NCBI GenBank assembly: GCA_035534915.1
Contig: DATLQZ010000074.1
Span: 6,167-70,166, forward strand
Source: Candidatus Dormiibacterota bacterium
GTDB lineage: Bacteria; Chloroflexota; Dormibacteria; Aeolococcales; Bog-877
Length of the DNA: 64,000 nucleotides
Direction: 5' to 3'
The notes under the pieces are model-generated. The model made no database searches. It worked only from the letters and a program-made list of their open reading frames with translations, and was not told where the DNA came from. How positions within the stretch are numbered: position 1 is the stretch's first letter; the number at the start of each line of letters is the position of its first letter. The translations under genes were made by a program, and so were the position numbers. This document shows, piece by piece, positions 36,491 to 45,070 of this stretch.

Positions 36491-38899
36491 GTGCGCGTCA
36501 GTCACGAGTGGCTCACATCGATGGTGGACCTCAGTGGGGTCTCCCCCCGGGAGGTTGCTCACCTCCTGACGGTGACCGGAACCGAGGTGGAGAAGATCAC
36601 AGAGTTCGCCCAGGGCCTGGAGGGGGTGGTCGTGGGCGAGGTGGTTGGCCTCAAGCGGGTGGAGCGCAGCGACCATCTCTTCCTCGCGGAGGTCAGAGCA
36701 GGAGGGGACGAGCCGCTGGAGGTGGTCTGCGGTGCTCCCAACGTCTTCGTGGGGGCGCTCGTGCCGTGGGCTCGACCCGGAACCAAGCTTCCTTCAGGCG
36801 TTGAGATCGGGCGGCGTCGAATCAGGGGAGTTGAGAGTCACGGCATGCTCTGCGCTCCCGACGAGCTCGGTCTGGGACCCGACCACGCCGGGATCATGGT
36901 CCTGGCGCCTGGGGACGCCGCCGTGGGCCAGCCGCTCTCCGTGGCATTTCCCCATGATGTCGTGTACGAGCTGGAGATCCTCAGTAACCGGGCGGACTGC
37001 CTCTCGCACTGGGGGGTCGCCAGAGAGCTGGCAGCATGCTTGCGGCGACCGCTGCAGGACCCCGACATCTCACCTGTCATTCGCGAGGGTCAGCCGCTCG
37101 CAGAACGGGTTGCTGTGGAGATTGAGGACAGCGGACTGTGTCCGGTCTACTGGGCGGAGGGCTTCCTCGGAATTCCCCAAGGTCCGACCCCCCTCTGGAT
37201 CCGCCGCCGGCTTCTCGCCGTTGGCCAGCGGTCTGTTGGAGCGGTGGTGGATCTTGGGAACTACGTGATGCTGGAGATCGGCCAGCCACTCCACACCTTT
37301 GACCTGGACCGCATTCGCGATCAAGTGGGGTCAACTGCTCTGTCGGTAAGATTTGGGTTCGATGGCGAGCGGATGCTGGGCCTCGACGGTGCTGAGCGCT
37401 CACTCGATCCAGAGACATTGGTGATTGCTGCCAATGGCAGGGCGAGCGCCATCGCTGGGGTTATGGGGGCGATGGAGTCGGCGGTAACTGCAGCTACCAC
37501 GAACTTGCTACTGGAGTCTGCCAGCTTCGCGTGGACCTCGATCCGCGGCACCTCCAGGCGCCTCGGCGTGCGCACCGAGGCTTCGTCCCGCTTCGAGCGA
37601 CCGCTGTCGCCCCACCTGGTTCCGGTCGGCGCAGCCCGGTTCACACGGCTGTTGCGGGAGACGCTGGGTGTGGCCCCTCTACCAGGTCCCTGCGTAGCCG
37701 GAGCGTTACCGCCTGCCCCGCCAGCGATTCGGATCTCTGCCGATCGGATCTCTGCGCTCCTGGGAATGCGGGTTGATGAGGCAAAGGCCGGTGAGATCCT
37801 CAAGAGCCTTGAGTTTCTGGTCGATCGTGGGGCAGAGGAACTGCTGGTGACGCCTCCAGCCGTTCGGACGGACGTGTCGCTACCCATCGACATCGTGGAG
37901 GAAGTGGGGCGGATAGTGGGATACGCCGCCATTGCTTCCACCCTGCCCCCGTTGCGCCAGCCACCCCCGCATGTTGTGGGGGCCTCGCCGCTGCGATTGG
38001 CGGCGGAGGTGGCGATGGGGGCAGGGTTCAACGAGTGCGTGACTCTGAGCTTGGTGGACTCTGGTCGGCAGGCCCCGGTAGCCGGCCTGGCTGGCATGGG
38101 CGGGAACCGCCCTGCGCTCCAGATAGGGAACCCTCTGTCTACTGCTTTGGGCGCGTTGCGAACCGGGATTCTTCCAGGGCTCTTGGGTGCCTGCCAGCTG
38201 AATCAGTCGAGAGGTCGTGCACGGATTCGCCTCTTCGAGCAGGGGCGCGCGTTCTGGGCGACATCCGAGAACGACCGGCCCCTGGAGCCGGACCTGATTG
38301 GGTTTGTGGACCAATCGGTGGATGGCGATGCGGATGACAGCGCCCTCCGACTCCGCCATCTCTTGGCGGTCTGCCAAGCCTTGGGCGACCGTCTGAGCGC
38401 GCAAAACACCACTTTTAGGATGGGGGAGTGCCCGGGTTTCCACCCGACCCGTTGCGCCCTGGTAGTCAGCGGCGGTGTCGTTCGGGGGGTGGTTGGGGAA
38501 CTTGACCAGAGGTCCACCGCGGCCCTGCAGTTGCGCGGACGCGTCGTCGCCGCCGAGCTCAGAACAGACCACTGGTTGGTTCCCGGTGGCCGCCCGAGCA
38601 CCACAGTCGATCTAGCCCGCACTCCACAGTTGGTGATGGACCTCGCGGTCAAAGTTCCTGTCCGGGCGGAGCTGGGGTTCGCCTTGGAGGCAGTCAAAGG
38701 CGCCAATGTGTCCGAACTAGAAGAGATCCGGGTTCTGGATGAGTACCGTGGCCCTCAACTCGGCAACGACCTCAAGGGGTGGACCTTCAGGCTGGTCTTC
38801 CGAGACCCGATCAAGACGCTGACCAATAGCCGGGGCGAGGCGCTTCGGGATCGAGTTGCCGAAGCGTTGCACGCATCGGCTGGAGCCGTAGTTCGCTGA
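36491..38899 (+). CDS. pheT: phenylalanine--tRNA ligase beta subunit
   Basis: GTG 36491 lies 1 nt after the pheS stop (the track start 36353 is inside pheS). 802 aa with a tRNA-binding OB N-terminus (VVVGEVVGLKRVERSDHLFLAEV), B3/4 and B5 regions and an FDX-ACB-like C-terminus (WTFRLVFRDP). Confidence 0.92.
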   Translation: MRVSHEWLTSMVDLSGVSPREVAHLLTVTGTEVEKITEFAQGLEGVVVGEVVGLKRVERSDHLFLAEVRAGGDEPLEVVCGAPNVFVGALVPWARPGTKLPSGVEIGRRRIRGVESHGMLCAPDELGLGPDHAGIMVLAPGDAAVGQPLSVAFPHDVVYELEILSNRADCLSHWGVARELAACLRRPLQDPDISPVIREGQPLAERVAVEIEDSGLCPVYWAEGFLGIPQGPTPLWIRRRLLAVGQRSVGAVVDLGNYVMLEIGQPLHTFDLDRIRDQVGSTALSVRFGFDGERMLGLDGAERSLDPETLVIAANGRASAIAGVMGAMESAVTAATTNLLLESASFAWTSIRGTSRRLGVRTEASSRFERPLSPHLVPVGAARFTRLLRETLGVAPLPGPCVAGALPPAPPAIRISADRISALLGMRVDEAKAGEILKSLEFLVDRGAEELLVTPPAVRTDVSLPIDIVEEVGRIVGYAAIASTLPPLRQPPPHVVGASPLRLAAEVAMGAGFNECVTLSLVDSGRQAPVAGLAGMGGNRPALQIGNPLSTALGALRTGILPGLLGACQLNQSRGRARIRLFEQGRAFWATSENDRPLEPDLIGFVDQSVDGDADDSALRLRHLLAVCQALGDRLSAQNTTFRMGECPGFHPTRCALVVSGGVVRGVVGELDQRSTAALQLRGRVVAAELRTDHWLVPGGRPSTTVDLARTPQLVMDLAVKVPVRAELGFALEAVKGANVSELEEIRVLDEYRGPQLGNDLKGWTFRLVFRDPIKTLTNSRGEALRDRVAEALHASAGAVVR

Positions 38900-38921
38900 A
38901 GTGAGGGGTTGGTGACCTCGG

Positions 38922-39530
38922 ATGCGCGGCACTCCGCCGACCGCCCAGACCCGCCCGGTGCCCAGAGACTTCTTCGCGCGCCAGAGCCCACTCGTGGCTC
39001 GCGCCTTGCTCGGCTGCTGGCTGGTGCGTAGAACCCGAGATGGGCTCTTCCGGGTCCGAATCTCGGAGACCGAGGCATACCTGGGGCAGGGGGATCCCGC
39101 ATCTCACGCGTATCGGGGCCCGACTCGACGGAACCGTCCGATGTTCGGGCCTCCAGGTCATGCCTATGTCTACTTCATTTACGGCATGCACCACTGCTTC
39201 AATGTGGTGACTGGAAAAGAAGGGGAGGCGGAGGCAGTGCTCCTAAGGGGAGCGATGGGTCGTTCTCCCGCCGGGGGCAGTCTCCGAGGCCCTGGCCGGC
39301 TCTGCCGCGCGATGGAGATCGGCCGGGAGCATGACTCACTGGATCTCTGTTCAGGAGTGCTCGACCAGATTTGGATAGAAGCCGGCAGAATCCCACCGGG
39401 AATGGCCCGTCGTACCGGTCCACGGGTCGGGGTGAGCGATAAGTCCCAGTTGCGCTTTTGGCTGGCAGAGGAGCCGGGAACTGAGCCTCGAGCGCAGCAC
39501 CGGCCAGATATCAAAGAGCGGACCCCGTAG
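38922..39530 (+). CDS. mpg: DNA-3-methyladenine glycosylase (AAG/Mpg family)
   Basis: 202 aa with FFARQSPLVARALLGCWLV and ISETEAYLGQGDPASHAYRGPTRRNRPMFGPPGHAYVYFIYGMHHCFNVV. Confidence 0.88.
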   Translation: MRGTPPTAQTRPVPRDFFARQSPLVARALLGCWLVRRTRDGLFRVRISETEAYLGQGDPASHAYRGPTRRNRPMFGPPGHAYVYFIYGMHHCFNVVTGKEGEAEAVLLRGAMGRSPAGGSLRGPGRLCRAMEIGREHDSLDLCSGVLDQIWIEAGRIPPGMARRTGPRVGVSDKSQLRFWLAEEPGTEPRAQHRPDIKERTP

Positions 39531-39539
39531 GGTCCGCTC
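39516..39539 (+). terminator. perfect 10-bp GC-rich hairpin spanning the mpg stop codon (terminator-like, no U-tract)
   Basis: GAGCGGACCC-CGTA-GGGTCCGCTC at 39516-39539. It marks the end of the long plus-strand housekeeping run. It is followed by ACAATCTTGCC rather than a U-run. Confidence 0.45.
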
Positions 39540-40162
39540 ACAATCTTGCCGGTGCGCTAACACCGAGTCCAGCGGATAAGCCGGACTAAATTCAGGTGGT
39601 CGGCTAGCCCTGTACCGAGGTCACAATAATCTGGCGGTGGCGATACTCCACCGTCGTGCACCGGCCTCGGGGGGCCGATCACTCCGCCCTAGTCTGCCTC
39701 AGAAGTCTCCAGACGGTACGCATCGACTTTACCTCCGTCTGAGTCCAGTAACCTGAGTCAACATTAGCACCGATAGCCGCCGAAGTGTTGCTGACGGGGA
39801 AAGAGGCAGGAGGGGGCATCGGGCCGAACGTCAGCCCGGGTGTCTGACTTCGGAATACGGTAGTCGCCTGCGCGCTCCCGCCGGGTGGTTCTGCTTGCGC
39901 CGCACCGCAGCCACGGCGAGTCTGGGAGCCGCTTGCGCTGACCGGTAGGACGGGGGTATGGTATTGCCTACTCAAGTAGGGTGGAGTGCAAGTCTGCTTG
40001 CCAACAGCGCCTTGATCTGTGGGGCTCACTCTGGGTTCACAGATAGCGGGGAGAGCGGGCAGTGCAACTTGGATCCCTTCCTCATATGAGATGGATCTGG
40101 CTCCGGGACGGAGACCGCGACGCCGAGAAGGCGCCGACTCAAAACGAGATGGAGGGACGGAG

Positions 40163-41449
40163 ATGCGTCGAGCCCTGGTGATCCCGGCAGTAGGCTTGCT
40201 TACGGTCCTTGCGGGCTGTGGGGCGAGCACCCCTGTTGGTACGCCTGCGAAACCGGGTCCAATCAACGTCGGCGTGATCGCCCCCTTCAGCGGGTCCGCT
40301 GCCGAGTTTGGGACACTGCTGTCGGCTCCCTGTGAGGCGGCGACTCTGCTGATCAACAATGCGGGCGGGGTGCTTGGACATAAGCTTCAATGCACTGCCG
40401 TCGACGACACCGGGGACGCCGCCGACGCCGTCCCAAATGTGACGCGGGCAGTCGCCACCATCTCCAACTTGGACATGGCCATGGGCTTGGAGAGTAATAC
40501 CGCTGCCACGACCGTCCCGATCATCAACAAGGCTGGGATTCCCTTTGTTACGACCAACGGTCTGGTCGCGTTCAACCGTACGACCGACAAGTACTATTGG
40601 CGGCTGACCCCAGCCGATAACGCCAACGGCGCGGCATTCGCGGTGTGGGCAGCCGACAAGGGCTACAAGCGGGTCGCAGTGATCTTCGAGAACAACATCG
40701 GATCGCAGGGGAATCTGCCCGGCATTGTCTCGGCCGCTCCCAAGCTCGGACTCAAGATCACCAGCAACCTCACCATTCCTGCCGACGCCAGTTCGTACTC
40801 CAGCGTGGTGTCGACCGTTCTGAGCGGCCATCCGCAAGCATTGATTTTCTCTGCGGACCCCCAGACCACTGCCACCTTCCTGGCCAACTATTCCCAGCTC
40901 AACAACGGCAGTATCCCCGCCATGATCACGGCCACCGACTCGTTGACGCCCGACTTTTACTCGGCAGTGGCTAAGGCCGTGGGGGCAAGCTACCTTCTCC
41001 ACGATATGTTTCTTGTGGGGTCGTACTTCAGCAACACCACCCCTGCCTTCTACGCTTATAAGCAAGCAATGGAGGTGAATCCCAAGACTCATGCAATCGC
41101 CGGAGTCATCACCACGGTCGGACCGCCCGCTTCGGCCTACGACGGCATGAACATACTGGCCTTGGCTATGCTGGCATCCAAGAGCACTACGGGGTCGGTG
41201 TACAACTCCTATGTGCCCCAAATCGTCTCGAAGAAGTCCGGCGCTGTAGTGGTGCACACATTCGCGGAGGGGAAGAAGGCACTGGCTGAGGGCAAGCAGA
41301 TTCAGTACGTCGGTGTCGTGGGCCCGGTCAGCTTCAACAAGTACCACAACTTCTCGGGCCAGTTCGCGGTTGTAGTCTTCACAAGTGCGACCCAGTCGAC
41401 TTCAGTGAAGGTCATCTCTGGGGCCCAGGTCTCGCAACTGCTGCAGTAA
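40163..41449 (+). CDS. ABC transporter substrate-binding lipoprotein, LivK/Peripla_BP_6 family
   Basis: ATG 40163 follows GGAGGGACGGAG. 428 aa with the lipoprotein signal MRRALVIPAVGLLTVLAGC (lipobox LAGC) and a type-I periplasmic-binding-fold body. Ligand not assignable. Confidence 0.85.
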   Translation: MRRALVIPAVGLLTVLAGCGASTPVGTPAKPGPINVGVIAPFSGSAAEFGTLLSAPCEAATLLINNAGGVLGHKLQCTAVDDTGDAADAVPNVTRAVATISNLDMAMGLESNTAATTVPIINKAGIPFVTTNGLVAFNRTTDKYYWRLTPADNANGAAFAVWAADKGYKRVAVIFENNIGSQGNLPGIVSAAPKLGLKITSNLTIPADASSYSSVVSTVLSGHPQALIFSADPQTTATFLANYSQLNNGSIPAMITATDSLTPDFYSAVAKAVGASYLLHDMFLVGSYFSNTTPAFYAYKQAMEVNPKTHAIAGVITTVGPPASAYDGMNILALAMLASKSTTGSVYNSYVPQIVSKKSGAVVVHTFAEGKKALAEGKQIQYVGVVGPVSFNKYHNFSGQFAVVVFTSATQSTSVKVISGAQVSQLLQ

Positions 41450-41466
41450 TTCTTCTCATTAGCTAG

Positions 41467-41499
41467 AGCGGGCCGCCAGTCCGGGGCTGGCGGCCCGCT
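41467..41499 (+). terminator. perfect 13-bp hairpin between the binding-protein and permease genes (intra-operon attenuator/terminator-like)
   Basis: AGCGGGCCGCCAG-TCCGGGG-CTGGCGGCCCGCT at 41467-41499, starting 18 nt after the stop at 41449. No U-tract. Confidence 0.5.
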
Positions 41500-41531
41500 G
41501 TCTACCCCCTAATCATGGGCAGGAGTCATCT

Positions 41532-42419
41532 GTGCATCTTCTGATCGAGGCGATAGGATTCGGGGTCGCCTCCGGCGCGGTCCTGGCATTGGGCGCGGTC
41601 GGATTCACATTGCAGTTCGGAATCAGTAACGTGCTGAACATCACCTACGGTTCTCTCATGACGCTGGCTGCCTTCCTTGGGGTCTTTCTGCTGGGGCTGG
41701 GGTTGAACGTGTGGTTGGTTATGGCCCTCGGCGGCCTACTTATCGGACTCGCCTCGGTCGCGTTGAACCGAGGCTTGCTGGCACCGCTCATGCGGCGGGG
41801 GCTGCAGCCTTTCGGTCTGATCATCGTGACGGTGTCGGCTGGGATCGTTATCCAGTACGTCATTGTCGCGGTCGCCGGTCCATCGACCCTCTCGTATGGG
41901 AACCTCAGCGGCGCCACCCTGCATTTTCTGGGTTGGACGCTGACCACGGCGCAGGTGGTTATCCTGGTTGTCGCGCTGGTACTCATGGCGGGGCTCCACG
42001 TCCTGCTTACGAGGACGCAACTCGGTAGGGCCATGCGGGCGACCTCGTCGAATCGGACTCTGGCCCGCAGTTGTGGGATCGCCACGGGGCGGATCGGCGA
42101 CATCGCCTGGTTCCTGTCCGGGACCTTTTGTGGCATGGCGGGGATTGCACTCGCCATCACCATTGAGTCGTTCGACTTCACTCTGGGATCCATATTTCTG
42201 ATCCCCATCATCGCGGCGGCGGTGCTGGGTGGCGTGGGGCAGCCATACGGGGCCATGGTGGGGGGATTAGTGGTCGGAATCGTCAGTCAGGTTTCCGCCG
42301 CCTACTGGAGTCCTTCCTATGAGAACGTCGTCGCCCTGGCCATGCTCATCGTGATGCTCTTGGTCCGACCACGGGGACTGTTCGGCGCGAACTCCTCGTC
42401 CCGCAAGTTGTTGGCTTGA
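41532..42419 (+). CDS. livH: branched-chain-amino-acid-type ABC transporter permease (LivH family)
   Basis: 295 aa, multi-TM, with RAMRATSSNRTLARSCGI and IIAAAVLGGVGQPYGAMVGG. Confidence 0.85.
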   Translation: MHLLIEAIGFGVASGAVLALGAVGFTLQFGISNVLNITYGSLMTLAAFLGVFLLGLGLNVWLVMALGGLLIGLASVALNRGLLAPLMRRGLQPFGLIIVTVSAGIVIQYVIVAVAGPSTLSYGNLSGATLHFLGWTLTTAQVVILVVALVLMAGLHVLLTRTQLGRAMRATSSNRTLARSCGIATGRIGDIAWFLSGTFCGMAGIALAITIESFDFTLGSIFLIPIIAAAVLGGVGQPYGAMVGGLVVGIVSQVSAAYWSPSYENVVALAMLIVMLLVRPRGLFGANSSSRKLLA

Positions 42420-42457
42420 CCTGGTGATCCGGGTTATCCGCAGAAGGAGGCGCTGCG

Positions 42458-43471
42458 ATGAGCGGAATTGAATTTTATGTCGTGGTGCTGTTGGTATATC
42501 TCGGTACGGACCTGCTCGCGGCGTGGGGCTTGAATCTCGAGTACGGGATTAGCGGGGTCGCCAATCTCGCATTCATCGTGGTTATAGCCGCTGGTGCTTA
42601 CACCTATGCGATCCTGAGCCTAGGGCCGGATTCCGGCAACGGAGGCTTCCAGCTGTATGTCATTGGCTTGCAGCTTCCCTTTGCAGTCGCGGTCATAGCG
42701 GCCGCCGTAGTGGGTGCGGTTGTGGGGGTCCTTATCGGTGTCACTGGGCTGAAGCGCATCCGCCAGGACTACCAGGGGATGGTGATGCTGGTAATTTCGC
42801 TTATGGCGGTGACCGTGGTCGGGGCGGATACCGGCTTTCTCAACGGGCAGGCGGGCCTGAGTTTGATTCCCAATCCCTTCTCGTCGCTCAGTCCGGTTGT
42901 CGGCGACTGGACCTATGTCGCAATGGTAGGTGTCGCCTGCGTGATCGGCTTTTTCGTGATGAAGCGCTTCACCGGGGGGCCCATGGGAAGGGCGCTGCGG
43001 GCCATGCGAGACGACGAGCACGCAGTGGCAGCGCTGGGCTTTAGCGTGGTCCGGCTGCGGCTCATGAGCCAGGCGGTCGGGGGGGCTTTCGGCGGAGTCA
43101 GCGGGGCGCTGCTAGCTGCCTTCATTGGTGGGTGGTCCCCCGGGGCTTGGGCTTATGTTGAGACCCTCGCTTTACTCACCGCGATCATCGTGGGCGGGAT
43201 GGGTAACGACATGGGAGTGAGCCTTGGCACCTTCGTGATCGCCGTCCTGTTACTTCAGGGGGTCCAGTTCCTCCCGCAGATCAGCTCCCACACAGGGCTT
43301 ACCGAGGCGCTCGGCTGGATCATTCTCGGCGTTCTCACGATCACATTCCTGTGGGTTCGTCCGCAGGGGATATTCAAAGAAAGAAGACCCTTTTATCGAT
43401 CACCTAGTGGTTCGGACCGGCCGTCGCCCGGTGACTCCGGAACCGGCCGAGTCGCGGCTCCGCCAGCTTGA
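42458..43471 (+). CDS. livM: branched-chain-amino-acid-type ABC transporter permease (LivM family)
   Basis: 337 aa, multi-TM, with GRALRAMRDDEHAVAALGF and IIVGGMGN. Confidence 0.85.
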   Translation: MSGIEFYVVVLLVYLGTDLLAAWGLNLEYGISGVANLAFIVVIAAGAYTYAILSLGPDSGNGGFQLYVIGLQLPFAVAVIAAAVVGAVVGVLIGVTGLKRIRQDYQGMVMLVISLMAVTVVGADTGFLNGQAGLSLIPNPFSSLSPVVGDWTYVAMVGVACVIGFFVMKRFTGGPMGRALRAMRDDEHAVAALGFSVVRLRLMSQAVGGAFGGVSGALLAAFIGGWSPGAWAYVETLALLTAIIVGGMGNDMGVSLGTFVIAVLLLQGVQFLPQISSHTGLTEALGWIILGVLTITFLWVRPQGIFKERRPFYRSPSGSDRPSPGDSGTGRVAAPPA

Positions 43472-44304
43472 GCTCGAATGCAAGCGGCGAGGGGCGGGAC
43501 TCCGGGGTGGCGTCAGCAACCGCGGTGGTTGCGGGTCAGGAGCCCCGAGGAGCCATTCTCAGGGTTACCGACCTGGTCAAGCAGTACGGGGGGGTCAGGG
43601 CCGTCGACGGGGTGAGCTTCGATGTTCAGCCGGGGACAATCATTGGAATCATAGGCCCGAACGGGGCTGGGAAGTCCACTGCCCTGACGATGATCAGCGG
43701 CTTCGCATCGCCGACATCGGGACTGATTGAGTTTGCTGGTCAGGATGTGACCAATGAACCCATGCACATGCGGGCCCGACGAGGTCTGGTGAGGACCTTT
43801 CAAATCGCTCGGGTCTTCGACGGACTGACAGCCATTGAGAACCTGATTGTGGCGGTTCCCAATCAGCGATCCTTGACGCCTCTAGGCCTGCTCGCGGGCA
43901 AGCGGTATTGGAAGGCCGAGGAGGAGGCAATCGTCGACCGGGCCCACCGTCTGATGGCGACCTTTGGTATGGAGGAGAAAGCGAACGAACGGGCGCGCAA
44001 CCTCAGCGGCGGGCAGCGCCGGGCTGTGGAGATCATGCGAACGTTGATGATGCGGCCTAAATTGCTGTTGGTTGACGAGCCCATGGCCGGCCTCAATCCG
44101 CGGCTCACGCACCAGTTAGAGGATATATTCCTGGAACTTCGCGCGGAGGGCCTCACCGTCATCCTCATAGAGCATGAGCTCGGCACGGTGGAGCGGATCT
44201 GCTCCGAAGTGCTAGTGATGGCGTGGGGAAAGATCATCGCCCGGGGCGAGATGTCAGAGTTGCGGACTCGCCGGGAGGTTCAGGATGCCTACGTCATCGG
44301 TTAG
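43468..44304 (+). CDS. livG: ABC transporter ATP-binding protein (LivG type)
   Basis: TTG 43468 overlaps the livM stop (TTGA). 278 aa with Walker A GPNGAGKST, signature LSGGQRRAVEI and Walker B LLLVDEPMAGLNP. Confidence 0.88.
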   Translation: MSSNASGEGRDSGVASATAVVAGQEPRGAILRVTDLVKQYGGVRAVDGVSFDVQPGTIIGIIGPNGAGKSTALTMISGFASPTSGLIEFAGQDVTNEPMHMRARRGLVRTFQIARVFDGLTAIENLIVAVPNQRSLTPLGLLAGKRYWKAEEEAIVDRAHRLMATFGMEEKANERARNLSGGQRRAVEIMRTLMMRPKLLLVDEPMAGLNPRLTHQLEDIFLELRAEGLTVILIEHELGTVERICSEVLVMAWGKIIARGEMSELRTRREVQDAYVIG

Positions 44305-45070
44305 GGGGGGGCAGGAGGGCGTTCCGGCTCTGGCGGTTCGCGACCTGGTCGCTGGGTACGGTGACTTCGCGGTGGTTGATGGCATCAGCCTGGAGGTTCC
44401 CGCCGGCAAGGTGGTGGCGGTCGCTGGCCCGAATGGGGCCGGCAAGAGCACACTGCTCAAGGCGATGCTGGGCATCGCCAAGGTGATGGGGGGCCAAGTC
44501 TTCCTGGAGGGGCGGGATGTCACATCCGTTCCCCTCGAACAGCTGGCTCGACTAGGGGTGGGATACGTGCCCCAGCTCGATGACGTGTTCGACTCGCTGA
44601 AGGTGATCGAAAATCTGGAGATGGGCGGGTATCTGTGCAATCGCGCGGAACGACAGCGGCGGATAGAAAGTGTGCTCCAGGTGTTCCCTCAACTCCAGGC
44701 CAAGCTCCACCGCTACGCCGAGACCTTGAGCGGGGGCGAGCGCAAGATGACTGCAATTGCGAGAGTCCTGATGCTCGACCCGAAGGTTCTGGTTCTCGAC
44801 GAGCCAACCGCCAGCCTCACCCCTGAGCTGTCCCGAGTTGTGCTGGAAGAACAGGTTCGTCCCCTGAGTGCGATGGGGAAGTCGGTCTTGTTGGTGGAGC
44901 AGAAGGCTGTCGCAGCGCTAGCGATAGCTGACTGGGCCTACCTGTTGGTGCGTGGCCGAGTCGAGGTGTCCGCCCCGGCCGCCGAGGTGTTGAGTGACCC
45001 CCACATGCGGGAGATATTTCTGGGTCGCGCGGCGGCGGAGGTCGCCGCAAGCGGCCTCGACAGCAAATGA
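44285..45070 (+). CDS. livF: ABC transporter ATP-binding protein (LivF type)
   Basis: 261 aa with GPNGAGKST, LSGGERKMTAI and VLVLDEPTASL. It overlaps the livG end by 20 nt. Confidence 0.88.
   Translation: MPTSSVRGGQEGVPALAVRDLVAGYGDFAVVDGISLEVPAGKVVAVAGPNGAGKSTLLKAMLGIAKVMGGQVFLEGRDVTSVPLEQLARLGVGYVPQLDDVFDSLKVIENLEMGGYLCNRAERQRRIESVLQVFPQLQAKLHRYAETLSGGERKMTAIARVLMLDPKVLVLDEPTASLTPELSRVVLEEQVRPLSAMGKSVLLVEQKAVAALAIADWAYLLVRGRVEVSAPAAEVLSDPHMREIFLGRAAAEVAASGLDSK

Noticed and set aside
40081-40090. 10-bp perfect palindrome CTCATATGAG upstream of the transporter operon, as a possible operator
   Set aside because: Five-bp half-sites are expected many times by chance in 64 kb. There is no second copy and no flanking symmetry.
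39679-40359. 226-aa minus-strand ORF spanning the long intergenic region
   Set aside because: It overlaps the start of the lipoprotein gene and has no RBS or start context. It has low-complexity Pro/Ala/Ser/Gly-rich sequence and weak third-position GC bias. It is kept only as a caveat in the finding on that interval.
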